The notes under the pieces were generated by a model. It had not been told where the DNA came from. It saw only the letters and a list, made by a program, of their open reading frames with translations, and searched no databases. DNA of 64,000 nt from Cyanophora paradoxa CCMP329 (Eukaryota > Plantae > Glaucophyta), in the NCBI GenBank assembly GCA_004431415.1, contig QPMI01000494.1, positions 310,001-374,000 on the forward strand, written 5' to 3'. Position 1 is the stretch's first letter; each line of letters begins with the position of its first letter. A program made the translations under genes and the position numbers. Shown one piece after another: positions 23,438-34,219 of the stretch.

Positions 23438-25794
23438 GTGCGCGAGGGAGGGGGGTGGGAGTGGGAAGACGTGCGGCGAGATTATTTCAATAAAACGCTG
23501 ACCGATGAGAGCAGAATAAAGTTTTTGCGCGATACGCTTCGGGCGCCCAGAAAGCGTGGACCCTTCGAGTCGAACGGGGGGCTCTGTCTGTTCAGGAAGT
23601 CCTGGAGGGGGATGAGGCGTGGGCCCAGGGTTCCGGGCAGGCGGAATTGGTCGACGAGGATGGGACACATCCACTGCCTTTCCACTGGAATGGGCCCCTG
23701 CACGCATCTGCTGCCCTTCCAGTGCGCCCGCAACCGCCCCCATTGGACAGGCTGGGGCCGCCCCCATTTCAAGTTTGACAGAAGCGGCTGCAGGGCGGCG
23801 GGACGCTCTTTGCCATCGCCAGCCCGGCGGGCGTTTCCGTTGAGCGTGTCCCGGTGCGGCCGGCACCCTCAGCATGGCCCATAAATTCAGCATACCCTGA
23901 GCGGAAGCCCTCCGCAGGCCTTCCGCTGCACGCGGCGCATCCAGCAGACGGCAAGCCTGGAGGCTCAGGGGGCAAAGGTCCGCAGTCGCCCCCTGGCGCC
24001 AAAATCTTCCAGTCGGCCGCCCTCTCGAGCTCAGAGCCGCCATGGACGTGCCGCAGATGGATGCGGCGACGTCGATGGAGCCGCGCCTGCGTCGGCTGCT
24101 GCTGCAGCTTGGCGCCGTCAATGTCGAGGAGAGCGCCCCGCAGCCCGCCCCCGAGTAACTGGGGAGAGCTAACGTTCACTTCTCAACGGAGGCGCGGCGT
24201 CATAACTTATTTCTTTTCAGATGTATCCCTGCATATATATCCTGCAATTCAGTGTGTGTTTGCATGGCTGTTGTGATGGGCCCCTCTAGCAACATAATAA
24301 TAATAGTATGCCTTCAGCTGCAGATTCGGTTCGAATTCAATTTATTGGCCTGTGGCCAGCTGCAGTACGTATACGCGAACGCATATACTGGCCGTGGGGG
24401 AAGGAGGATGCTTTTTGTGGAATTACTTCCAAACTGCTTCCATTAAGCACTAGTACTCGCGTGATGGAGCGTGCAAGGGGCCCCAAGATTGCTTAAGTTG
24501 CCACGCGCGTATTTGTTTTTGATGAATTACCGGCCACAGTTTCAAGATCTAGACATCAGCACTGCGGGGGTTGTCCAAGGGGCACAGGGACAAAGAAACA
24601 AAATTACAAAGACAAGAGCACGAATAACGACAAGACATAGAGCCAAAATCGACAATAAAGAAGGAAAAACACAGAGACAGATCGAGAAGAGACGATAATT
24701 AAAATAAGAAACCGAGACCGAGCAGATCTAGTAACAGATCTAGATGACAATAGTACTAGAGATTCCATCAACAACTGAGGGACCGGAACTGAGGAGGTGA
24801 AGCAGGACAATGCAAAAGAGCGGATCATTAAAGCCGGCCGGCGCCGGGGCGGGCAGTCGAACTGCAAATGACGACGAACTACAGGTCCGGATCCAGCACG
24901 AGAACAAGTCCTAAAACTCGGCGAACTCCAGAACAAGAACAACTCCAGAACTCCGAACTCCGAACCAGCACGAGAACAAGCTTAAGACAAGTCCGGCACG
25001 AGAATCCGACTCGGCGAACCAGACCGAACTAAACTACAAGACGGAGATCTAGAACGCCGGTGCCGGCGGAATACGATCAGGGAAGCAGAAGACGAAGCGA
25101 GAGGCGGCGCCGGCGGTCGGGTACCAATTGCAAGAACAAGGGCCGGAGGGTCCGGCCCCGCAAACCGCCGGAGGGAACCAGAAGGAGACGCAGGCTCGGC
25201 AAGCCGGCGACGGGTGCGACCACGAGTCCGGGCAAAGATCGGGAGAGGGCCCGGGAGCAGGGCCAGGAGAAGTCAAGCCCGGCGAGAAATCTGACCCGGA
25301 ACCGGAACCCAGCGAACGGCGACGACGAAGAGGCCCCCGGAGAGCCAAGACGAGCTATCGGGCAAAGCACTGACAGCCGGAGTCAAGCAAGGCGGAGAAA
25401 GTACCCCGCACACAGGAGCCGCTAAGCAGGCGGAGAGTCCAGGGCCGAACAGGACCACAAGAGTTCAGATCTAGAGACCCAACGACGTCGATGGGGACGC
25501 GGCGGAGGCCTAGGGAATTGATGGATCTCTCGTCACGGTATTGATTGAAAATTTTAGAGGAGCAAAGAGTGTGCTTATTTGATACTGTTTAAAAATTTTG
25601 AATACTCACGCGTAGCGTAGGCGCGTAGCGCCTTGAGCTCGGCGAGATTTAGATAGGTTTTGGACCGTTTTTTGCGTGAAACACGACGTACCCCCCCGCC
25701 ACTGGCGGCCACTGAGTGGGGTGCCAGTGGGGGGGGGCCACCGACTCAGTGGGGTCGGACCGCCACTACGCCCACCCCTAGTCCCGCCCACGGC

Positions 25795-27175
25795 GCCCAG
25801 TGTTAGGCCTAGTTCAACGGTTGGCCCGGCGCCAGCGCGGGGCGCCGGCCGGGGCAGCGGCACCGCGGCGGGGCCGCCGGGCCACCAGGCCAAGGGTCTG
25901 AACGAAGCGAAGAATGGTCTGATTTCATAGAATAGTCACTAGTACACATGCAAGTTAATCCTTGCCCTAATAAAAAAGAGGAGGCTACCGGGTACGTAGC
26001 GCCCCGGCTAGGGCCCGGCGGGGCCAGGGCCGGGGCCGGGGGCGGGCCCCGGGAGGCGGGCGGCGCGGAGGCCGTCGAAGAGCTCCCAGCAGGCGGCGTC
26101 GACGGCGGCGGCGACCTCCCCGCCCCGCTGCTGCACCCAGTTCACCGAGGCCAGCATCTGTGCGCGCGCCGTCGACGTCAGCCGCAGAAGTAGTACAGTG
26201 CTCGTCTTGTTGAAGCTCGCGAGGATGGTTGAGTTTGTCGTGCCCAAGTAATAATTAAAGTGTGATTAAAAGTGCCTAAGCCAAAACTGAGCCAAACTCG
26301 CCATGCGGTAGTCGACGGGGAGGTCGACGGCCTTGGGGTCGGCGATCCAGACGGGGAACTTGGGGAGGCGCAGCTGGTGGTGCGCGTACTGCAGCTCGTC
26401 GTCGCCTGCCGCGCGATCAAATCTGTGGGGGGGGGGGGGGGGGGGGCGGGGGGGGATGGGAGGGAGTACGGACAGTTCTTGGAGGCGACGTAGGCGGGGG
26501 AGAGGAAGAAGAGGAAGGCGCAGCAGAGGTTCATCGCCTCCTGCGCGCCCTCATCGATCGACGGAGACGATTCAATTGGGGGAGGGGGTACACGGCGCAC
26601 GCCGATCTTGGCCATCCAGCGCTGGCCCGCCTTCAGCTCGCGGTCGACCCTGCCGAGAGCGGACGCTCAGCGGCGCGAGGACAACGGGGCCGGAGGGGGG
26701 AGGGGGGGGGCGCGCCAGACCGCGAAGCCAGCCGCCTCGAGGGCGTCGGCGTACAGGAAGACGACCGCCGCGTCCGCGTGCGCGTAGCTGCGAACGAAGG
26801 TGTTTGTGGGGGGAGGCAAGGGGCAAGGGGTAGCGGGCACCTCAGGAAGAGGTCCCAGCGCTTGCCGTCGGCGGCGGCGGCGGGGCCCGGGGCGCCGTGG
26901 CGGGGCGGCGGTGCGGCGGGGGAGGCCAGTGCCGCCGCCTCCGAGAGGATGCGGTGGCGGGCGCCGGCGTGGGCCACGCCCATCTCCCGCAGCGCGCCGT
27001 CCGTTAGGGCGAGCAGCGCCGGGCCGTTCGTGTACGAAAACGCCGGCGCGAACCTGCGGCCGCGCGCTCAGGTGAGCGGGCGGGCGGCGTAGGCGTAGGC
27101 GGGTGGCGGGAGCTCTAAACTAAAGAATCGCGAAAGTATCGTACGCCCAGGTGAGCGGGCGGGCGTCGTGGGCGG

Positions 27176-27208
<33 letters not shown>

Positions 27209-27965
27209 GGCGGTGCACTCGGCGAGGGGTCCCCGCGAGCGGATCCACTCGACGACGTGTGCTCCTTCCACTGCCGCACGTCCGCCTGCGGGGGGGGGGG
27301 GGGGGAGGGGAGGGGGGGGGAGCGGGCGGTGAAAAGGGCGGATGGCGGGGGCTCCGCTGGGCGCACGCACGGGGGCAGAGAGGGCGGCTTGGGCGGCTCG
27401 GGTGCGGGATGGAGGCCGGCGGCGGAGGAACGGAGGGCGGGGCGGGGGGCTCGGCGGCGGGGCGGGCTCGGGGGGTACGAGGCCGGCGGCTCGGGGGCCT
27501 CGGCTTGCGCGGGGGGCTCGGGAGGGGGCTCGGGGGCGGGAGAGGGGACCCGCGGGGAGCGGGGGCGGCTGGCAGGCGGGGCGGGGGCCCAGGGGGGTAC
27601 GGAGATGGGCCAGGCCTCGCCGTCCTCCTCCTCGTCGGGGGGCGGCTGGGCCGGCGGCTCGTCGGGGAGGGTCCGACCCAGGTCCGCGTGCCGCGAGAGG
27701 ACCTGGGTGGGGTACAGGGGTCAGAGGGGGTACATACGGGGGTACAAGAGGTACAACAGGGGTGCGCGCCTGGAGGGAAAGGGCGCCGGAGCGGTGGAGG
27801 ACGGCGAGGGCGGCTTCGGCGCGGCCGTAGCGGCCGAAGCGGAGTCCCAGAGGCGGGTCGTCGGCCCCGCCGCCGGGCCGCCCGGAATCGACGAGGCGCC
27901 GCTCGCAGTAGAGTCGGACCTCGCCGCTCGCGAGGGCGACCAGCAGGCCCCACACGGGCCGCGCG
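25795..27965. repeat. Segmental duplication copy B (SAM-TIR exons, introns and 3' flank)
   Basis: Closely similar to 6005-8130 in the same orientation; copy A lacks most of the ~27480-27890 segment. Confidence 0.9.
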
Positions 27966-29635
27966 GGCGGCGGAGCCGCCGCCGCCGCCGCCGCCCGCGG
28001 GTCATAAGCCGCCGCCGCCGCCCCGCCGCCGCCGCCGCCTTCCGGCGCGGGCACGGGTACGGGCACGGAAACCTCCATCGCCTCGAGGCACGTGACGGCC
28101 GCCGGCATCTGTAGGCTGCCCCCCGCGGGCGTCAGGGAGGGGGGTAGGCTATTAGAGAGGGATGGGGGGTACGGACGAGTAGGCGCGGGCGCCCTCGGGG
28201 CGGTACGCGTGCAGGGCGCCGCCCCTGCAGGCGGCGAAGATGAAGTCGGAGCCCGGGGCCAGCGCGAGGGCCCGGACCGGGGCGTCCAGCGCGATCGAGC
28301 CGACCAGCGCCCCGCCCTGCGCCCCCGGGCCGGCCCGCGGATCAGTCCAGGCTGCCACTTTAAGGGCGGACGGGAGGACGCGACGGTCTAGCCACTTTAG
28401 GGATCAGTATAGCTTGCCACTTAAAGGGATCAGTCTAGCTTGCCACTTCTTTAAGGGAAGGAGGGCGGGCCTTGACGATGTGGATGTGGCGGTCGCGGCA
28501 GGCGGCGGCGATGACAAATCGGCCCCCGCGGAGGGCGCCCGAAGCGCGCAGGAGGACGGGGGCGCTGGGCAGAGGCACGGCCGCCTCAGCGGAGTCGGCG
28601 TCGTCGCCCATGACGAGGAGCCCGGGGGCGTCGGAGCCGACCAGAAGGTTGGAGAGGGCGTCCTGCCGATCTTCCTCGCCCGCCTCACGCCTCACGGCCT
28701 CCATGCACGTCACTGCCAGGGCGATAAGGGGGAGGGGGGAGGGGGGAGGGGGGGGGATGAGGGGGTACGCTCGCCCTTCGGAATGCGGGTGCCGACGGCG
28801 CCGGTGCGCGCGAGGGCGTACCCCTCCCGCGCGGCCGGCTCGGCGGCTAGGAGCCCCTCCGACTTGTCGGAGAGGGGTACGCCGGCGGCCCGCAGCGCGG
28901 CCAGCCGCTCGCACGCGCGCCCGCATGCGGCCTCACCTGAGTCGCGCCCCAGCTCCGCCCACACATCCTCCTCCTGCGCGGCCGGGGGTAAGCGAGCGGC
29001 GGGGGGGTACGCGGCGGCGGGGCAGGGGGCGGACGAGGGGGTCGGCCTGCGTGGGGCGAAGCGTGAGCTTGAGGTAGGGGCGCAGGCTCCGGTAAATGAA
29101 CAGGAAGCCTCCGCTGGCGACCACAAGGAAAGGGACGCGCGGGGTCGAGGCCTCCGGGTACACCGCCGCGAGCGCCACCGGCCGCCCCAGCGCCGCGTGC
29201 CTCGCCACCAGCTCCGTCCCTGCGCGCCGCCGAGGCGTCGGGCCGGGGCGGGCCCAAGGCGGGCCGCACGCGCATGCAAGGGGGCGCACCGCGGAACAGG
29301 CGGAACGAGCTGTCTTCTCCGGCGATGGCGAGATGCACGTCGCCGTTGGAACTGAGGTCAATGAAGCACGCCTGCTGCTGCTTCGCCTTCCCGCCCGACG
29401 GCTCGCGCCACGCGCGCAGCCAGACGCTCTGCGCGCGCGGCGCGTGCTCTCAGACCACGATAAGAATCCGTAGCTAAGCGCTAGTCGACTGTTGACGTGT
29501 CCGCGTCCGTGCGGGAACTTCGTGCAAGGGGCTGCGAGCTCCCGTCGCAGCGGGCGAGAGTGCTGGACTTCGGCGGCGCAGCTAAGCGCTAAGCGGCGTA
29601 GTGCGAACCTTCGGATCCGCCATTGGATCCGCCAT
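26008..29635 (-). CDS. BBS1-like beta-propeller, Pro-rich linker, SAM, TIR fusion protein (1-nt frameshift in the SAM exon: pseudogene or sequencing error)
   Basis: BBS1-like motifs in the expected order: WLRAWREP, IDLSSNGDVHLAIAG, PFLVVASGGFLFIYRSLRPYLKLTL, EEDVWAE, DALSNLLVGSD, FVIAAACRDRHIHIVK, LLVALASGEVRLY, LRFGRYGRAEAAL, VLSRHADL...PPAQ. The open 336-nt exon 27702-27367 is in phase with the SAM exon. TIR has SKNC|DDELQYA; stop at 26008-26010. Confidence 0.8.
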
Positions 29636-30119
29636 CTTTCTGCACGGAGCCAAACACAGAAGAAGCAGCAATGATGCGTGCTTAGGGCTCCATTGCGCTG
29701 TCTTGCTATGCGCGACAGCGCCGGCTTCGGTGCCGGGCCCTGCCGGCGTAAGGTCGACGGGCAATTGAGCTGCAGCGGCAGGGCTACGGCGTTGTTCAGG
29801 CAACTTGAGCTCAAGCCCAAGCCCAGGCCACAGCTGGGGGTGACTCGGGCTCGATGGCGCGATCGACCCAAGGACGTCGACTCTCGCCGCCCAAGCGCCC
29901 AGCTGCAGCCCGCGCGTCCCCGCCCGCTCTCAGCACCAGCGCGACCCGTAGAGCAGGCGTCGCACGTCCCCGGCGGAGCGCGAGCGCCACACCGCGCGCG
30001 GGGCGCCGGCGGAGATCGATATCCAGAGGAACGCTCAGCACGTCAGCCGCGTCCCCGCCGCAGCGCCTCATCGCGTCATCGCCTCAGGCCAGCAGCGCCG
30101 GCGAGCTCTCTCCCGCAAG

Positions 30120-33100
30120 ATGGGTTTCAAGACGCCTCAGCAGGTGCGCCGTACGCGTCGGCGTCGACGACGACGTCGACGTCGCTTGCGGCTGCGCTGC
30201 ATCGCGCGCGGCGTTGGCGCGCCGGCCCCGGGCGAGGGCCGAACCTGTCCGCGTCTAGATGCCTTTAGCTGCATCGCGCACCAAGCGCGCTCATCGCGAA
30301 CCCCCGCACCGCGATTGCGCGAGCTGCAGCCTAAGCTTTAGCCTGCAACCGGATTACGACATCGGCCTGCTGCGCGCTGACTCGCTGCGCCGCGCCGCAG
30401 ATCTGGGACACAGTGGTGCAGATAGGGTACAAGAAGGCCGGCATGAAGGTCCCGCTGGCGCAGTACATTCTCCTGGGCATCGGGAGCGGCATGTTCGTCG
30501 GTGCGCGTGCGCGCCCGCGCGCCTCAAGCTCGGGCCCCGGGAGCTGCTGCTCGCCGTGGCCCAGAATCTAGCTATGCATAGCTCCCTCCCTGCTGCTTCT
30601 GACTCCGACCCCCGCTCAGGCTTCGGCGGAACCAGCGCCCTCATGGTTTCCTACGTGCGATCAAATTTGATCTAATTTGATCTAGACCTGAATTTGATCC
30701 CTCCCGCAGGGCTGGAGCACGGCGAACATGGCGGGGGACTCTCCCGCGGCCCCGGGTACCGTGAAGCTCCTTTTCGGCCTCCTCTTCCCAGTCGCGTGCG
30801 CACGCTTACGCGTACCCCTCCTCTAATCATAGTAATCCGGGTCCCGACGTCGGCGCCGGCCCGCGAGTACTAGTGCTAGTAAATATGACGTTCACCGAAG
30901 ACCCCGCCCCGCCCCGCCCCGTCCCTCCCCTGCGCGATGCACGATCCCCCACTGATATTTCATATATGTAGCTAACGACGACCGCGCCCCGCCCCTCCTC
31001 CCCCGCCTCCTCCCCCCCCGCCCCCCCCCCCCCCCCCCCCCCCGCGCCCTCCCCGCCCCCTACCACTACGGCTGACCAGCGACCCCTCCCCTCTCCCCCC
31101 TCCCCTGCCCTCCTCTCTCCCCCCCCCCCCTCCCCCTCCGCCCCCGGGCGCAGGCTGCTGCTGATCGTGGTGGCGGGGGGCGACCTCCTCACCGGCAACA
31201 TGTGCTACTGCACCGCCGCCTTCCTCCAAGTGCTAATTTATAAGCTGATGATCGCTTATAGGCTTCTAGCTTATTATTAAGTAGCTTTTAGCTTCCGCCT
31301 TTCCTCCGTAGCTTGAGTTGGAACGCGGGCCGCACCGCCGCCTTCCTTCAGATGCGGGCTTCAGCGCTAGCTACCGGTAGCCGGGCCGGGGCCCGGGGCC
31401 GGGGGCCGCGGCCCCGGCCCGGTTTTAGCCTTAGCTTGAGCCTTATAATAATTCTATGGCTATACTCAGCCTTAGCTTGAGCAGGCGCGACCGCGCCCTC
31501 TCGTTTGCAATTCTGCGCCCGCCCGCCCCGCCCCGCCGCTCGCGCCTCTAGCTTGGGCTCCCGCCTTCCGCCGGTACCCCTCCCTCCGATCCGCCGAGGG
31601 CCACGCCGTGGTGGCCGTCGGTACCCCCTCTACCGGCCAACCCCAACCCCCCCCCCCCCCTCCCCCCCACCCCACCCCCTCCCCCCTCCCCCTCCCCCTC
31701 CCTCCTCCCCCGCCCGGCGACTCGACGTGAGCTGACCTGGCCGCCTCTCTCTCTCGAACTTCCGCAGCCGCCGAAGCCGCGCCACAAGGGCCAGCGCTGG
31801 CGCTTACTCTGGGGAGGCCTCCGGTCCGTCCCTTTCAGCTTTTTATAAACTAAACAAAAACCTAGCTCTAGATCTAGATCTAGAGCAGTGAAAGCCTGCT
31901 CGATCTCGTCCGAGCTTCTCTTAATTAACAAAAGCTAACTAATACAACTTGGCTCGATAACGTTAACTACAATTGCAATTTCTGACTTCACTTCGATTCG
32001 ATCCGGGCAGGGCGTGCTCGATCACCTTCTGCACGAACTTCCTGGGCTGCGTCGCCCACGCCTACTTCATCTGCTACCTCGGGAACCTCTTCGGGGCCGA
32101 GCCCTGGAAGTCCGGCATCGCGGGCCTCGTCGAGACCAAGGCGCGCCCTCCCCTTCGCCCCTGTGCGCCGCCTAGATCTAGATGCTCTGCTGGGCTTAGG
32201 CGCTAGAGCTTAAAAGCTTGTGCTCCCGATCGAGCGAGCCCTCCGGATCCGCTGCATGCCTAGCCTGTTCCGACGCTCGATTCCTCTTCGAATTTGATCT
32301 CACCGGGCGGGGCCGGGCTTACACATGTACAGGCTGCGAAGCTGGCGTGGCACGAGATCTTCTTCCGCGGCATCGGCTGCAACTTCCTGGTCCGACCCGA
32401 CCCGCGCCTCGTCCATAGCTAGATCTTACATTAGACTCTTGAGCTAGACTTCAAGGCTTAGCAAGCCTATAATCAGCCAGCTTATAAATTTAGTATCTCA
32501 GCTTAGCTCACTCGGCCCCCCTCCCCGCGCAGGTGTGCATGGCGGTGTGGTCGACGATCGCGTCGGAGGACGCGGCCGGCAAGATCCTCTCCATCTGGTC
32601 CGCCCTGGATCCTAGCTATAGATATAGGATCCTAGATCCTATAGCTAAGTGGAAGTCCGCGGGGCCGGGTCTAAATCTGGCTCGCCTAGCTCTGGTCCGT
32701 TTAAGGTCCTTAGATCCTATTAAGGATAGGACGCGGCCGGCAAGATCCTCTCCATCTGGTCCGCCCTGGATCCTAGCTATAGATATAGGATCCTAGATCC
32801 TATAGCTAAGTGGAAGTCCGCGGGGCCGGGTCTACGTTTGGCTCGCCTGCTCTAAAATTAAATCTGATCCAATCTAAATATAATCCTGCTCGCTCTGATC
32901 TGATCTGATCCCGCTCGCAGGTTCATCATCGCCACCTTTGCCATGTCCTCCTACGAGCGTGCGCCCCGATGTATAATTTTCCTGATCAGTTAGGTCGAAT
33001 TAGATTTCATTTCGTCTGCGGCGTCTGATGAATTCGAACGATTGCGCGCGCAGACGTCGTCGCGAACGTAAGCACCTCTGATCTGATCTGATCCGATCTG

Positions 33101-34219
33101 ATCTGATCTGATCCGATCTGATCTGATCGCAGTTCTACTTCCTGCCGCTGGGCTACTGGCTGGGCGCCAAGGTGACCCCCTTCACCGCCCCCCAATTCGA
33201 GTTCGAAGCTTTTAAATCGCTATAACTCGTCCTCGATCTTGTTCTTCTTTTGAATTTAAGACTTTAGCTCATATAGGAACTTATATACAATTAAGCTTGC
33301 ACGACTTTGCAGCTAGCGCTTATTCTTCTTCTTCGCAGGTGACGGTGGGAGAGCTCTTCAAGAACTGGTTCGTGGCGCCCTAGGCCTGCAGCCCGGTCCC
33401 GGCCCGGTCCATAGTTACATAGGCCCGTCCTAGGCCTGACCGTCTCAAACGCAAGTACTATTCTGCCGCAGCCCGGCCCGGCCCGTAGGCCCTGTCCTGT
33501 CCGCCTCATGATCAGACGCGAGTGCTATTCTCAGGTTCATGGCGCTCTGCGGGAACTACGTGGGGGGCGGCCTCTTCGTCGGCGCCTACTACTACTTCGC
33601 CATCGCGCACCCCTTCGGCAAGTCCAAGGACGACAAGGTCCGCTTGACACAAAACTTTGAAAGTCGATAAAAACCACGAGGCATTCTATAGGCATCTTCT
33701 TTTAAATTGCATTAGCGATGCTTAAGCGTGGCTGAAAATAACGCGATGCTAATAAAAGTGAAATAATACAAATGCTGGAGGCGTTTTAGAGCCTTGTGCA
33801 TTACCATCGCATTAAAACCGCTTGCACGTGGTCTAGATCTTCTATTTGTATTTCTGGACGTATATATGTGTCTCACCTTGGGAATCGAAGGCGCCGTCGC
33901 CGGCGGAGCTGGAGCGGGGCGGGGCGGGCGGCGGCGCCGGCGGCTCGGCCTCCACCTCGACCGACTCGGCGGCCGTGGTCGTGTCGCCCACCTACGCGGC
34001 CCTCCCGGGGTCCATGGGCACGGCCTCCGCGGTGCGTCGAAGGATCCTAGATCTAAATCTAGAACTTGCTTTTAGCCGTGCCACGCCTAGACCCGCAGTT
34101 CGCTGCTAATTGCGACGTGACTGATCGCAATCGTTCGGGGCGGGCGCGCGCAGGTCGCCGTGCCGGTTATTTCCGTCCATGGTGGACGCCATGGCCACGG
34201 CCACGGCCACAGGTCGTAA
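30120..34219 (+). CDS. Formate/nitrite transporter (FNT/NAR1-like family)
   Basis: Spliced MGFKTPQQ|IWDTVVQIGYKKA...LLGIGSGMFVG|FGG, KLLFGLLFPV, LIVVAGGDLLTGN, TNFLG, IFFRGIGCNFL|VCMAVW, GKILSIW, FAMSSYEH|VVAN|FYF, GNYVGG; these are FNT signature motifs; stop TAA at 34217-34219. Confidence 0.9.
33078..33128. repeat. (GATCT)n-like microsatellite in an FNT intron
   Basis: ctgatctgatctgatccgatctgatctgatctgatccgatctgatctgatc. Confidence 0.85.

Noticed and set aside
23480-25600. Possible retroelement (gag or LTR-like) remnant
   Set aside because: No RT, integrase, zinc knuckle or paired LTR recognised; kept only as unexplained sequence
26008-29635. Assigning the gene symbol BBS1 or SARM1
   Set aside because: Only the BBS1 N-terminal propeller is present, and there is no SARM1-type ARM-SAM-SAM order; orthology cannot be shown from sequence alone
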